From Myxococcota bacterium (GTDB taxonomy: Bacteria; Myxococcota_A; UBA9160; UBA6930): a stretch of 64,000 bases of DNA. Below are positions 28,390-39,015 of this stretch, in pieces. Location: the NCBI GenBank assembly GCA_965223415.1, contig OZ245002.1:480001-544000 (forward strand), in the 5' to 3' direction. Both the position numbers and the translations under genes were made by a program. Under the pieces are notes generated by a model. The model was not told where the DNA came from, made no database searches, and saw only the letters and a program-made list of their open reading frames with translations. Every line of letters starts with the position of its first letter. Positions within the stretch are counted from its first letter, which is position 1.

Positions 28390-28785
28390 ATGGTACAAGC
28401 CCTGCGCGTCTTCGTAGCCTTCACCGCGATCCTCCTCGGCTGCGGGGCGGCCGCCGAGGGCTACCCGGAGGTCGCGCCCGGCGAGATCGAGGCGGTCCTC
28501 GCCGGCGACGACGCACCGCTGCTCCTCGACGTCCGCTCGGCGGAGGAGTTCGGCGGCGGGCACGTGCCCGGCGCCCTGCTGATCCCGATCCAGGAGCTCC
28601 CGGATCGTCTCGCCGAGCTGGCGGCCTTCAAGCAGCGAGGCATCGTGACCTACTGCGAGAGCGGCCGGCGCGCGACGAAGGCACTGCAGATCCTGGAGGA
28701 GGCCGGCTTCGAGAACCTGCGCCTCCTCGCCGGCAGCATGAAGCGCTGGCGCGAAGAGGGCCGGGAGGCGGCGACGCCCGACTAG
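28390..28785 (+). CDS. Rhodanese-like lipoprotein
   Basis: Lipobox LLGC, DVRSAEEF.GGHVPGA, YCESGRR. Confidence 0.88.
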   Translation: MVQALRVFVAFTAILLGCGAAAEGYPEVAPGEIEAVLAGDDAPLLLDVRSAEEFGGGHVPGALLIPIQELPDRLAELAAFKQRGIVTYCESGRRATKALQILEEAGFENLRLLAGSMKRWREEGREAATPD

Positions 28786-29747
28786 CGAGCGAGTGCCTGC
28801 GCCATCCGCTCGAGCTCGCCGTCCACGTCCGGCCCCATGGGCCAGTAGACGAGTTCGGCGACACCCTGCCCCTCCATCTCGCGCGCCTTCTCCCGCAGCT
28901 GCTCCGCCGTACCGGTGAAGAGCACGCCCCCGAGCTCGGGGGCCACGTTCCGGCGATCCCGCTCGGTCATCTCCACCAGGTGGCCCTCGTGGACGTAGAG
29001 GTGCCGCGACGCCTCGGGGAAGCGCTCCACCGCCTCGCGCCAACCCTTGCCGCCGGGAAGGGCGTCGACCCCCTCTCCCGCCGCCTCGTAGGTACCGTGA
29101 TAGGTGACCGCGATGCCGGGCCCGATCGCCTCGAGCACCCGCGGCGTGTCGAGGGACTCGCCCTCTCCGAGCACGGTGCCCATCGTGAGCATGGCGGCGT
29201 CGCTCGCTCCCTCCGGCAGCACGCCGGCGCACACCAGCCCGCAGCCGAGCTCGCGGGCGATCCGGAGCCCCTTCGGCCCGTTCGCCGCCACGAGGATCGG
29301 CGTCGCAAGCGGCAATGGGGCGGACACTCCGGCCGGGTGCATCAGCTTCGCGATCCGCCCCCCGACCTCCACCTCCTCTCCCTGGAGGAGCCCGCGCAGC
29401 TGCCGCACGTAGGTCTCCATCGTCTTCCAGGAGAGGGCCTTCTGGCCGAACATGCGCCGCCCTGTGAAGCCGGTCCCCAGCGCCACCCGAAGGCGCCCGG
29501 GCGCGATCGCCTCCAGGTGCGCGATGGCCGCGGCCGTCACCGCCACGTGTCGCAGGCTCGGGATCAGCACACTCGTGCCGAGCCCCACGCGCTCGGTAGC
29601 GCGGGCGGCCTCGGCCAGCGCGATCCACACGTCGCCGTACAGGGCCGGGGAGTCGGGGAACCACACCCGTTCGTAGCCGAGCGCCTCGGCGCGGCGCGCT
29701 CGCGGAGCGGCCTGGGGATCGGGGATCAGGGCGCAGGAGAGTCGCAT
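28782..29747 (-). CDS. LLM-class (luciferase-like) flavin/F420 oxidoreductase
   Basis: [27 protein letters not shown]. Confidence 0.88.
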   Translation of the reverse strand: MRLSCALIPDPQAAPRARRAEALGYERVWFPDSPALYGDVWIALAEAARATERVGLGTSVLIPSLRHVAVTAAAIAHLEAIAPGRLRVALGTGFTGRRMFGQKALSWKTMETYVRQLRGLLQGEEVEVGGRIAKLMHPAGVSAPLPLATPILVAANGPKGLRIARELGCGLVCAGVLPEGASDAAMLTMGTVLGEGESLDTPRVLEAIGPGIAVTYHGTYEAAGEGVDALPGGKGWREAVERFPEASRHLYVHEGHLVEMTERDRRNVAPELGGVLFTGTAEQLREKAREMEGQGVAELVYWPMGPDVDGELERMAQALAR

Positions 29748-29821
29748 GGCGGCAGCATACGCCATCGGCCGCTATCGTCCGCTCCCGCAACGCAGCCATC
29801 GCAGCACGAGGAGACACCCCC

Positions 29822-31015
29822 ATGGGTCGCAAGGCATTCGTCGTCGGTGTGGGCATGACCAAGTTCGAGAAGCCGGGCTCCCGGGAATGGGACTACCCGG
29901 ACATGGGCCGCGAGGCGGGCGAGAAGGCCCTGGCCGACGCGGGCCTCTCCATCGACGACATCGAGCAGGCAGCGGTGGGCTACTGCGCCGGCGATTCCAC
30001 CTGCGGCCAGCGCGCCTTCTACGAGCTCGGGACCACGGGCATCCCGATCTACAACGTGAACAACAACTGCTCCACGGGCTCGACCGCGCTGTTCATGGCC
30101 AAGCAGTTCGTCGAGGGCGGCCTGGCGGAGTGCGCGATGGCGCTGGGCTTCGAGAAGATGGAGAAGGGCTCCCTGGGCATCAAGTACACGGACCGCACCA
30201 CGCCCATGGACAAGCACTTCAAGCTGATGATCGAGGAGCGCGGCTTCGATGCGAAGGCTCCGGGCGCGCCGCAGATGTTCGGCAACGCGGGTCTCGAGCA
30301 CATGGAGCGCTACGGCACCACCGCCGAGCAGCTCGCCAAGATCGGCTGGAAGAACCACAAGCACTCGGTGAACAACCCCTACTCCCAGTTCCGCGACGAG
30401 TACACCCTCGAGGAGATCCTGGAGTCGCCCACGATCTACGGTCCCCTCACCAAGCTGCAGTGCTGCCCCACCTCCGACGGCGGCGGAGCAGCGGTCGTGG
30501 CCAGCGAGGCGTTCGTCCGCGAGCACGGCCTCGAGGCCCAGGCGGTGGAGATTCTCGGCCAGGCGATGGCGACGGATTTCGCCAGCACCTTCACCGAGAA
30601 GTCGATGATCAAGATGGTCGGCTCGGACCTCACGAAGCGCGCTGCCCAACAGGTCTACGAGCAGAGCGGCCTCGGCCCGGAGGACGTGGACGTGGTCGAG
30701 CTGCACGATTGCTTCAGCGCCAACGAACTGATCACCTACGAGGCCCTCGGCCTCTGCCCCGAAGGCCAGGGCGGGAAGTTCGTCGACGAGGGCGCCCAGA
30801 CCTACGGCGGCCAGGTCGTGGTGAACCCCTCCGGCGGCCTGATCTCGAAGGGCCATCCCCTCGGCGCCACCGGGCTCGCCCAGTGCGCCGAGCTCTGCTG
30901 GCAGCTCCGCGGCGAGGCCGAGGCCCGGCAGGTGGAGGGCGCCAGGGTCGCCCTCCAGCACAACCTCGGGCTCGGCGGCGCGGCCGTCGTCGGCATCTAC
31001 CGCAAGATGCAGTAG
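29822..31015 (+). CDS. SCP-x/SCP2-type thiolase (lipid-transfer protein)
   Basis: [40 protein letters not shown]. Confidence 0.93.
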   Translation: MGRKAFVVGVGMTKFEKPGSREWDYPDMGREAGEKALADAGLSIDDIEQAAVGYCAGDSTCGQRAFYELGTTGIPIYNVNNNCSTGSTALFMAKQFVEGGLAECAMALGFEKMEKGSLGIKYTDRTTPMDKHFKLMIEERGFDAKAPGAPQMFGNAGLEHMERYGTTAEQLAKIGWKNHKHSVNNPYSQFRDEYTLEEILESPTIYGPLTKLQCCPTSDGGGAAVVASEAFVREHGLEAQAVEILGQAMATDFASTFTEKSMIKMVGSDLTKRAAQQVYEQSGLGPEDVDVVELHDCFSANELITYEALGLCPEGQGGKFVDEGAQTYGGQVVVNPSGGLISKGHPLGATGLAQCAELCWQLRGEAEARQVEGARVALQHNLGLGGAAVVGIYRKMQ

Positions 31016-31024
31016 GGCGGCGCC

Positions 31025-31873
31025 GTGCAGCGCTGGAAGATCGGCGACGTGACGATCAGCAAGATCGTGGAGGAAGAGGTCCCGGGAGAGCCGACCTGGA
31101 TCCTCCCGGACGCCACGCGCGAGCGGCTCGCAGCCGTCCCCTGGCTGAAGCCCCACTTCGTGACCACGGACGACGACGCGATCCTGAGCGTGCACGCCCT
31201 GGTGGTCGAATCCGAGGGACGTCGCATCCTCGTCGACACCTGCATCGGCAACGACAAGGAGCGGGCGATCCCGGGCTGGTCCATGCGGCAGGGCCCGTTC
31301 CTCGACGACCTCTCGGGGGCCGGCTTCCCGACCGATTCGATCGACACGGTGCTCTGCACGCACCTGCACGTGGACCACGTCGGCTGGAACACCCGCCTCG
31401 AGAACGGCCGCTGGGTGCCCACCTTCGCGAACGCCCGCTACCTGTGGAACCGCACCGAGGTCGAGCACTGGCAGGCGAACCCGGACACCCACTTCGGCGA
31501 CGTGCTCGGCGACTCGATCCAGCCGGTCCTCGACGCCGGTCGGGTCGACTTCGTCGGGACGGACCACCGCGTCACCTCGGAGGTCGTGCTCGAACCGACG
31601 CCGGGCCACACGCCCGGCCACGTGAGCGTCCACGTCACCTCCCGGGGCGAGGAGGCGGTGATCACCGGCGACCTGATGCACCACCCCGTCCAGTGCGCCC
31701 ACCCGGAATGGGGCTCGAGCGCCGACGTCGACCCCGTCGCTGCGCTCGCCACCCGCCGCGCCTTCCTCGAGCGCTACGCCGACCGCCCTGTCCTCATCCT
31801 CGGCACCCACTTTGCGGGCCCGACCGCCGGCCAGATCGTCCGCGACGGCGACGCCTACCGCCTGGACGTCTGA
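31025..31873 (+). CDS. MBL-fold hydrolase
   Basis: THLHVDHVG, TPGHTPGH, GDLMH, GTHF. Confidence 0.9.
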   Translation: MQRWKIGDVTISKIVEEEVPGEPTWILPDATRERLAAVPWLKPHFVTTDDDAILSVHALVVESEGRRILVDTCIGNDKERAIPGWSMRQGPFLDDLSGAGFPTDSIDTVLCTHLHVDHVGWNTRLENGRWVPTFANARYLWNRTEVEHWQANPDTHFGDVLGDSIQPVLDAGRVDFVGTDHRVTSEVVLEPTPGHTPGHVSVHVTSRGEEAVITGDLMHHPVQCAHPEWGSSADVDPVAALATRRAFLERYADRPVLILGTHFAGPTAGQIVRDGDAYRLDV

Positions 31874-31911
31874 TGTTGCGTAGGGGGCCGGTTCCGTTTG
31901 TTGCGTTGTCG
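31872..31911. repeat. 40-bp dispersed element, copy 2
   Basis: GATGTTGCGTAGGGGGCCGGTTCCGTTTGTTGCGTTGTCG. Confidence 0.85.
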
Positions 31912-31919
31912 GAGGGGCC

Positions 31920-32687
31920 GTGGAGTACCTGAGCGTCGAGGAGGCTCGGGAGAAGCCCGGGCTGCGGTTGGTGCTGACGGCGGGGGTGCCCGGGCCGTGG
32001 GGAGAGGCGGCCAAGGCGGTGTTCCACGTGAAGGGCATCCCGTACCTGCCCGTGCGGCAGGACGGCGGGATGGAGAACGCCGCCCTGCGCGCGTGGACCG
32101 GCCGGGACAACGCGCCGATCGCGGTGCCGGACGACGAGCCTCCCCGGGACGGCTGGGCGGACATCCTCGCCCTGGCCGAGCGTATCGCGCCAGAGCCGGC
32201 TCTGGTGCCGGAGGCTCTGTCGCTGCGCGCCGAGATGTTCGGCTTCACCCACCTCGTCGCCGGGCCCTCGGGCTTCGCCTGGGAGCGCCGCCAGATGCTC
32301 TTCGCCCCGATGCTGGCCCTCGGCGAGAACGCACCGGAGCCGATCCGGCGCATGGCGGCGAAGTACGGAACCAACGAGGCCACGACGGCGGCGGCGGCGG
32401 CGCGGGTGCGCGCCCTTCTCGAGCACTGGGTGACGCGCCTCGAGGCCCAACGCGCCGCGGGCAGCGAATACCTGGTCGGCGATTCCCTCACCGCCGCCGA
32501 TCTCTACGCAGCGGCCTTCGCCGCGATGATCGAGCCGCTGCCGGAAGCGCAGTGCCCGATGGGCGACGGAATGCGTACCGCCTACCACCTGACCGACCCG
32601 GCCGTGCGGGTGGCCGGCGACGGCATCATCCTGGCCCACCGCGAGCGCATCTACACCCGCCACCTCGAGCTCCCCCTGGACTTCTAG
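31920..32687 (+). CDS. Glutathione S-transferase-like protein
   Basis: PGPWGE N-terminal motif; [16 protein letters not shown] motif. Confidence 0.75.
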   Translation: MEYLSVEEAREKPGLRLVLTAGVPGPWGEAAKAVFHVKGIPYLPVRQDGGMENAALRAWTGRDNAPIAVPDDEPPRDGWADILALAERIAPEPALVPEALSLRAEMFGFTHLVAGPSGFAWERRQMLFAPMLALGENAPEPIRRMAAKYGTNEATTAAAAARVRALLEHWVTRLEAQRAAGSEYLVGDSLTAADLYAAAFAAMIEPLPEAQCPMGDGMRTAYHLTDPAVRVAGDGIILAHRERIYTRHLELPLDF

Positions 32688-32689
32688 CC

Positions 32690-33706
32690 GTGCGCGCGCT
32701 CGTCCTCCTCCTCGGGCTGCTCGCGGCCTCCGCTGCGGGAGCGGGCCCGACCGTCGGTGTGAGCTGGGGCAACTTCCAGGAGGAGCGCTGGAAGACCGAC
32801 GAGGCCGCCCTGCGCGGCGCCCTCGAGGCCGCCGGCGCCCGCTACCTCTCCGCCGATGCCGGAAGCCGCGCCGAGAAGCAGCTCGCGGACGTGGAGAGCC
32901 TGCTCGCTCGCGGCGCCGACGTCCTGGTGATCGTCGCCCACGACCGGGACGCCATCCTGCCGGCCGTGCACCGCGCCCGGGCCGAGGGCGTCCCCGTCGT
33001 CGCCTACGACCGCCTCATCGAGCAGAAGGACGTGGTCTACCTCTCCTTCGACAACCGCGAGGTGGGACGCATCCAGGCGCGCGTGATCCAGGATCTCCAG
33101 CCCACCGGCCGCTACGTCTTCATCAAGGGCTCACCCCAGGATCCCAACGCCGATTTCGTGCACGCCGGTCAGCTCGATGTCCTCGGTCCCGCGTTGGCCG
33201 CGGGGCGCATCGAGAACGCCGGCGAGCAGTACGTCGACGGTTGGCTGCCCGAGCTCGCCCAACGGCTGATGGAGCAGATCCTCACCGCCAACGACAACCG
33301 GGTGGACGCGGTGGTGTGCTCGAACGACGGCATGGCGGGAGGCGTCGTGGCGGCCCTGCGGGCCCAGGGCCTGGACGGCATCCCGGTCTCGGGCCAGGAC
33401 GGCGACCGTGCGGCCCTCCACCGGGTGGCCCGGGGCGAGCAGGCTGTCAGCGTCTGGAAGGACGCCCGCGCCCTGGGTGCGCTGGCCGCCCGGGTCGCCC
33501 TCGCCCTGGCCGGCGGAGCCCGGCCCGAAGCGGTCGAAGGGGTCGGCGTGTACCGGGACGGCCCCCGCGGCGTCCCCGTGCCGGCGATCCTGCTCACCCC
33601 GGTGCCGATCACCCGGGAGAACCTGGACGTCGTCCTCGAGGCCGGCTGGGTCGCGAAGGACGACGTGTGCGGCGGCGTCCCCGCGCCGCCGCCCGCCTGT
33701 CGTTAG
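32690..33706 (+). CDS. xylF: D-xylose-type sugar ABC transporter substrate-binding protein
   Basis: [31 protein letters not shown]. Confidence 0.8.
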   Translation: MRALVLLLGLLAASAAGAGPTVGVSWGNFQEERWKTDEAALRGALEAAGARYLSADAGSRAEKQLADVESLLARGADVLVIVAHDRDAILPAVHRARAEGVPVVAYDRLIEQKDVVYLSFDNREVGRIQARVIQDLQPTGRYVFIKGSPQDPNADFVHAGQLDVLGPALAAGRIENAGEQYVDGWLPELAQRLMEQILTANDNRVDAVVCSNDGMAGGVVAALRAQGLDGIPVSGQDGDRAALHRVARGEQAVSVWKDARALGALAARVALALAGGARPEAVEGVGVYRDGPRGVPVPAILLTPVPITRENLDVVLEAGWVAKDDVCGGVPAPPPACR

Positions 33707-33730
33707 GCTCGTGCCGAGGAGCGCGCTGCC

Positions 33731-34867
33731 ATGAGCCCCGAGGCCCGCCGCCGCGCCGGCCTGCTGCTGGCCCTCGTCGTGCTCTGGCTCTCCTTCCACG
33801 CGGCCTCGGACGGCGCCTTCCTCACCCTGCGCAACCTCACGAACCTGGCGGTGCAGACCTGCGTCGTCGGCCTGATGGCGACGGGCATGGTGCTGGCGAT
33901 CGCCGCCCGCCAGATCGATCTCTCGGTGGGCTCGGTGCTCGGCGCCACGGGCATGGTGATGGCGGTGCTCCAGGCCGAGGTCTGGCCCCGGGAGGCCGCC
34001 TGGAGCGGCGGGCTCGCCGCGGCGACGGGTCTCGCGGCAGGGCTCGCGATCGGCCTGTGGCAGGGGTGGTGGATCGCCTACCGCGGCGTCCCGGCCTTCG
34101 TCGTCACCCTCGCCGGCCTGCTCGTGTTCCGCGGCGCCGCCTTCCTGGTCACCGACGGGCGCACGGTGGCACCGCTCGCCGAAGGCTTCGCCCGCCTCGG
34201 CGGCGGGCCCGATGGCACCCTTCCGGCGGCGGCGAGCTGGGCCATCGGCCTGGCCGGCGCCCTCGCGTTCACGGTGACGACGACGCGGGGCCAGGCTGCG
34301 TCCCGTCGCTGGCTCGTGGCCGCGGTCTCCTGCGCCGCGGCGCTCGTGGCCGTCGCCGTGTTCACGCTCCCGCTTCGCAGCGGCGCGCCGGCCCGGGGAA
34401 TCCCCTATCCGGTCGTGCTCCTGGCCGGCGTGGCGGCCGCCGTCGGCGTGCTCGCCCATGCCACCCGATTCGGCCGCTGGGTCTTCGCCCTGGGAGGCAG
34501 TCCCACCGCCGCCGCCCGCGCCGGCATCGACACGCGCCGCGTGACCCTGGGCCTCTTCGCCCTGCTGGGCGTCCTCTCGGCCCTGGCCGGCCTCGTCACG
34601 GTGGCCCGGCTCGAGGCCGGCACCAGCTCGATGGGCACCCTGGCCGAACTCAGCGTGATCGCCGCGGCGGTGATCGGCGGCGCCTCCCTGCGCGGCGGCA
34701 CCGGCAGTGTGGCCGGCGCCCTGCTCGGCGCCCTCCTCATGCAGACCCTCGAGAACGGCCTGGTGCTGCTCGGCGCCTCGAGCGCCGCGCGGCAGATCAC
34801 GATCGGTCTCGTCCTCGTCCTCGCCGTCTGGGTCGACGGCCGCCTGCGCGGAGAAGACGAGCGATGA
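33731..34867 (+). CDS. Sugar ABC transporter permease (XylH-like)
   Basis: IDLSVGS, VPAFVVTL, ELSVIAAAVIGGASL. Confidence 0.9.
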   Translation: MSPEARRRAGLLLALVVLWLSFHAASDGAFLTLRNLTNLAVQTCVVGLMATGMVLAIAARQIDLSVGSVLGATGMVMAVLQAEVWPREAAWSGGLAAATGLAAGLAIGLWQGWWIAYRGVPAFVVTLAGLLVFRGAAFLVTDGRTVAPLAEGFARLGGGPDGTLPAAASWAIGLAGALAFTVTTTRGQAASRRWLVAAVSCAAALVAVAVFTLPLRSGAPARGIPYPVVLLAGVAAAVGVLAHATRFGRWVFALGGSPTAAARAGIDTRRVTLGLFALLGVLSALAGLVTVARLEAGTSSMGTLAELSVIAAAVIGGASLRGGTGSVAGALLGALLMQTLENGLVLLGASSAARQITIGLVLVLAVWVDGRLRGEDER

Positions 34868-35595
34868 CGCTTCCCCTCGTCGAGATGCGCGGCGTCGGCA
34901 GGCACTTCGGCGGCGTGCGCGCCGTGGAGGGCGTCGACCTCTCCCTCGCCGCCGGCGAGATCCTGGGCCTCGTCGGCCACAACGGCGCCGGCAAGTCCAC
35001 CCTGATGCGCGGTCTCTCCGGCGCCGATCCCTTCGACGAGGGCGAAGTCCGCATCGAAGGCGCGCCGGCCCGCATCCGCACCCCCCGCGACGCCCGCCGC
35101 CTGGGCATCGAGACCGTCTACCAGGACCTGGCTCTCGCCGACAACCTCGACGCCGTCGCCAATCTCTTCCTCGGCCGCGAGCCCACGCACCACGGCCTGC
35201 TCGACGAGGCGGGCATGGAGGCCCAGGCCCGGAAGGTGCTGGCCCGGGTGAACCCGGACTTCGACGCACTGCGGGTCCCGGTGCGCTCCCTCTCCGGCGG
35301 CCAACGGCAGGCCGTCGCGATCGCCCGCGCCCTTCGCTTCCGCGCCCGCCTGCTGATCCTCGACGAGCCCACCGCGAGCCTCGGCCCCGCCGAGACCGCC
35401 ATGGTCCACACCGTCGTGCGCCGCCTACGGGACGAGGGCCTCGCCATCGTCGTGGTGAGTCACGACCTCCACGACCTGCTCGAGCTCGCGGATCGCGTCG
35501 CCGTCCTGCGGACGGGCCGGCTCGTCGCCGCGGCGCCCCGTGAGGGGACTTCCCGCGACCAGATCGTGCGCTGGATGCTGGGCGAAGAAGGCTAG
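34864..35595 (+). CDS. Sugar ABC transporter ATP-binding protein
   Basis: GHNGAGKST, LSGGQRQ, ILDEPT. Confidence 0.92.
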   Translation: MTLPLVEMRGVGRHFGGVRAVEGVDLSLAAGEILGLVGHNGAGKSTLMRGLSGADPFDEGEVRIEGAPARIRTPRDARRLGIETVYQDLALADNLDAVANLFLGREPTHHGLLDEAGMEAQARKVLARVNPDFDALRVPVRSLSGGQRQAVAIARALRFRARLLILDEPTASLGPAETAMVHTVVRRLRDEGLAIVVVSHDLHDLLELADRVAVLRTGRLVAAAPREGTSRDQIVRWMLGEEG

Positions 35596-38500
35596 AACGT
35601 GTACCGCAACCGCACGAAGATCTCGTCCCGCTCGCGGATCAGGGAGAGACCGGGCTCACCGAAGGACTTCTCCCGGTCCTTGCCGAAGCGCTGGATCACG
35701 CCGGAACCGGTGTCGTTGATGGGGGCGTCGAACTCCTTCCAACGCCCCGCGAAGGCGGCCACCCCGAAGGTCGCCGAGAAGTTCTCGTCGAAGCGGTAGG
35801 TCACCTGGGGGATGAAGGCGCCGGAGTTCGAGTGGATGTCGTAGACGAAGGTCATCGACGGCAGCAGCCGGTCCTGGAAGTAGCCGGTCGTGGCGGTGAA
35901 GGTGAAGAAGACGTTCCACGGACCGGTCGAGAGGTGGCCCTGGCGGTAGTCCTCGATGTACTGGAAGAACCACTGGGTGTTGAAGAAGAAGGTCCGGTTG
36001 GCATTCAGGAAGTTGACGAAGGTCGAGCGGTCGATGGAGACCGTGAGATTGAAGGTGTCGATCTCGGAGTTGCCATCGTAGGCGTCCGCGTCCGCCGAGG
36101 GGATCCCCTCCTGCCAGGTGAACTCGACGCCCCAGTTCGTCTTCGTCGTGTCCTCGGTGAAGTCCATCGAGAAGCCGAGGACGTTGCGCTTCTCGTAGCG
36201 CACGACGAGCTGGTTGCCGCCGTGCCACAGGAACTGGCGCCGGCCGAAGCGGCCGTTGCCTCCCGCACGGCGGGTGGAGCGCGTGTGACCCGAGGTGCCG
36301 AGCAGCGTGCGGACGAGCCCGCAGTAGATCGGCCTCGCGAAGGAGCAGCGCTCGGTGGAGAAGGTGTCGTTCGGGTCGAGGACGTCGGTGGCGTTGGCGT
36401 CGTTGCGCGTCAACGTCGTCCCCTCCTCGCCCTGGCTCAGGGCCACGAAGGCGAGCAGGTAGTTCCACGAGACGATGGCGAGCTCGTTCTGCCAGACCTG
36501 GCCGGTGATCGGGTGGACGGCGCCGCCGGGCGAGCCGTCCACGCGCGGGTCGTAGCAGTCGTCGCCCGGGCCGCGGGCGCCGGGCAGCCGGCAGTCGAAG
36601 CCGATCCGCGTGGCGATCGCCTCGCCGTCGAAGCCCACCGTGCCCGGCTGGGCCACGCTGCGGTCGGTCACGTCCCAGAGCTCGCCTCCGGGCAAGAAGG
36701 TGCCCTGGATGCCAGGCCAGGACTGAAAGAGCACGCTGGCCTCGGCGTTCAGCAGGTCGAGGCCCTCGATGTCGCAGTTCGTGTCGAAGAAGGGCCCGCA
36801 GCCGAGGAGCGCCTCCTGCTCGTCGGTCAGGAAGGGCGACAGCGAGTTGCCGAGGATCCCGTTCACGCTCGCGACGCCGAGCGGCGGGGTGAGGCCGGCG
36901 AGGATCGCACTCTGGGTCGCGGCGGGATAGTCGGTGAAGGTCGCGGCGATCCCGTCCGCCGGCCCGACGTGGAGGGGGACGAGCAGCGTGGGCACGGCCG
37001 GCGTGAAGGTGACGAAGTCGAAGAAGGTCGTCGCGAAGGGCGCGTTTGCGCCGATCTGGGTCGAAGTCGTCGGCGTGAAGCCGCCGAGCTGGTACCAGAT
37101 CGAGCTTCCGACCACGGTGCCGTCGAGCCCGTTGTCGCCGGCCGCGATGCTCGAGATCGCCGTCGAGATGGGGACCGGCGAGCCGGGCGGTACACCGAGG
37201 CTGTTGAAGATCGTCTGGGCGCAAGCGGTGGGATCGAGGGGCGGCGCGAAGGCCACCGAGGTCGCACAGGCCCAGGCGAAGAGCGTCTGGTTGGCGTGGT
37301 GCTCGAGGAGCGCGCTGTCCGCCCCCAGGCACGCGTCCTCGCCACCGGTCCGACAACGGCCGGTCTGCTCGGCCTTGCGCGGCCGGCCGGTTTGCGGATC
37401 CACGTTGCGCTGGAAGGTCGCGATGATGTCGAGGTAGGGGAAGTCGCTGTAGCCGTAGAAGTCGGTGAGGGCGAAGGAGAAGCGGTCGTAGCGCCACTCG
37501 ATGCGGGCGGCGACGTCGATGCCCTTCCAGCTGTTCCACGGGTTCGGCGGGCGGATCTCCCCGGCCAGGCCGAAGCCGTTCTGGCCGTGGGCGAGGAGCC
37601 CGAAGGTCTTGTTGCACGCGACGAGGGGCGAGTAGGGCTCGCCGCAGCGCCCGATGTCGCTGGGCTCGAACTGGTCGTAGATGACGGCGAGCTCGGCGCG
37701 CACATCCTGGAGGGGACCCACCTCGTAGAAGGAGTAGACGGCCCGGAGCGCCCACTGGGCGATCCGGGATTCCTCGAGGGTCGGCAGGGACGCCAGCGCC
37801 AGATCGGCCGGGTTGAGCTGGTCGGTCGTGCTGAAGAGCTCGGTCTTGCCCCAGACGATGTTCTGCTTGCCGATCCGCATCCAGAGCTGGTTGTCGAACA
37901 TCTCCAGCTCGACGTAGGCCTCCTTCAGCTCCTTCTCGTCCTGCTGGGAGGCGCCGCGGTTCCACTGCAACTCGTTGACGGTGAAGTTCTGGTCGAAGGC
38001 GTCGAACTCGCCGTCCTTGAGCATCTGCTGGAGGCGCTGGTTCGGGTACCAGACGCCCTGGGGAACCCAGGCCGGGTTGCCGGCGTCGAAGCGCACCTCG
38101 GGCGCGGGGCGGTAGGGCAAGGCCAGCCCACCGCCGCCGCCCCGCAGCACCACGTCGTTGAAGTCCTGGGCGCGAAACGGGCTCGGGACGTGCCGCACGT
38201 CGTGGATGGGCTCGATCCCGCAGCGGATGTTGTGGATCAGCGGCTGCCCGCCGATGCCGTTGCTGGGTCCGCGGATGCGGCGGCCGGCGAAGAGGCACTC
38301 GTCGAGGTTGCTGAGGACGAGCTGGGCGGGATCGTCACTGCCGGGAACGATCCTGCGATCGAACTCGCCGTCGAGACCGGCGCTACCGCCGAAGAGGATC
38401 GAGTAGGTGGAGCCCTGGACGCCGAGCGCCCTGCGGGAGCCGCCCTGGGAGCCGGCATCGTGGCGGAAACGGAAGGCCTGCTGGACGATGTCGTAGTCGA

Positions 38501-38933
38501 AGAAGCGCCGCGTATCGCCGGTGAACTGGGTGCCGTCGAAGCCCGTGCGCCGCATGCTCGAGAGCCGTTGGGGCAGGCGTCCCGGGCGGTCGCCGTAGAC
38601 GTCGACGTTCGGGAAGAGGCCGCAGCCGCGGCTCCACACGCAGTCGAAGCGGACCTCGAGGCGAGCGAATGCGCCGATCTGGTCGAAGGGCCCGAAGCCG
38701 TCCGGCGCAATCTCGGCTTCGATCTCCAGGTCCAGCACGTGGTACCACTGGCTCAGATCCCAGTCGTTCGATCCGCTGAAGTCCTCCCAGATGGAGCGGA
38801 TCTGCTGCTCGTAGAAGCCGTGGATCTGCAGCCGGCGGTCGAAGAACTCGAGCGCGTGGGCGGGCAGAGCGACCGATAGCAGGAGCATCGCGCCAGCCGC
38901 ACAGCCGGCGCGCGTGGCGAGCGCGCGATTCAA
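35592..38933 (-). CDS. Very large (1113 aa) DUF1302-like outer-membrane protein with Cys-paired insertions
   Basis: Signal peptide, LKEAY..., RIGKQNIVWGKTE, amphipathic beta strands, C-terminal LRYTF beta-signal. Confidence 0.72.
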   Translation of the reverse strand: MNRALATRAGCAAGAMLLLSVALPAHALEFFDRRLQIHGFYEQQIRSIWEDFSGSNDWDLSQWYHVLDLEIEAEIAPDGFGPFDQIGAFARLEVRFDCVWSRGCGLFPNVDVYGDRPGRLPQRLSSMRRTGFDGTQFTGDTRRFFDYDIVQQAFRFRHDAGSQGGSRRALGVQGSTYSILFGGSAGLDGEFDRRIVPGSDDPAQLVLSNLDECLFAGRRIRGPSNGIGGQPLIHNIRCGIEPIHDVRHVPSPFRAQDFNDVVLRGGGGGLALPYRPAPEVRFDAGNPAWVPQGVWYPNQRLQQMLKDGEFDAFDQNFTVNELQWNRGASQQDEKELKEAYVELEMFDNQLWMRIGKQNIVWGKTELFSTTDQLNPADLALASLPTLEESRIAQWALRAVYSFYEVGPLQDVRAELAVIYDQFEPSDIGRCGEPYSPLVACNKTFGLLAHGQNGFGLAGEIRPPNPWNSWKGIDVAARIEWRYDRFSFALTDFYGYSDFPYLDIIATFQRNVDPQTGRPRKAEQTGRCRTGGEDACLGADSALLEHHANQTLFAWACATSVAFAPPLDPTACAQTIFNSLGVPPGSPVPISTAISSIAAGDNGLDGTVVGSSIWYQLGGFTPTTSTQIGANAPFATTFFDFVTFTPAVPTLLVPLHVGPADGIAATFTDYPAATQSAILAGLTPPLGVASVNGILGNSLSPFLTDEQEALLGCGPFFDTNCDIEGLDLLNAEASVLFQSWPGIQGTFLPGGELWDVTDRSVAQPGTVGFDGEAIATRIGFDCRLPGARGPGDDCYDPRVDGSPGGAVHPITGQVWQNELAIVSWNYLLAFVALSQGEEGTTLTRNDANATDVLDPNDTFSTERCSFARPIYCGLVRTLLGTSGHTRSTRRAGGNGRFGRRQFLWHGGNQLVVRYEKRNVLGFSMDFTEDTTKTNWGVEFTWQEGIPSADADAYDGNSEIDTFNLTVSIDRSTFVNFLNANRTFFFNTQWFFQYIEDYRQGHLSTGPWNVFFTFTATTGYFQDRLLPSMTFVYDIHSNSGAFIPQVTYRFDENFSATFGVAAFAGRWKEFDAPINDTGSGVIQRFGKDREKSFGEPGLSLIRERDEIFVRLRYTF

Positions 38934-39015
38934 GGGACCCCTCCTCGCCCATCCCCAGATAGGCGGCTCCCACGCTAGACCGGTGTGGGGCCTCCGACAA
39001 CCACCCAGCGCCCTC

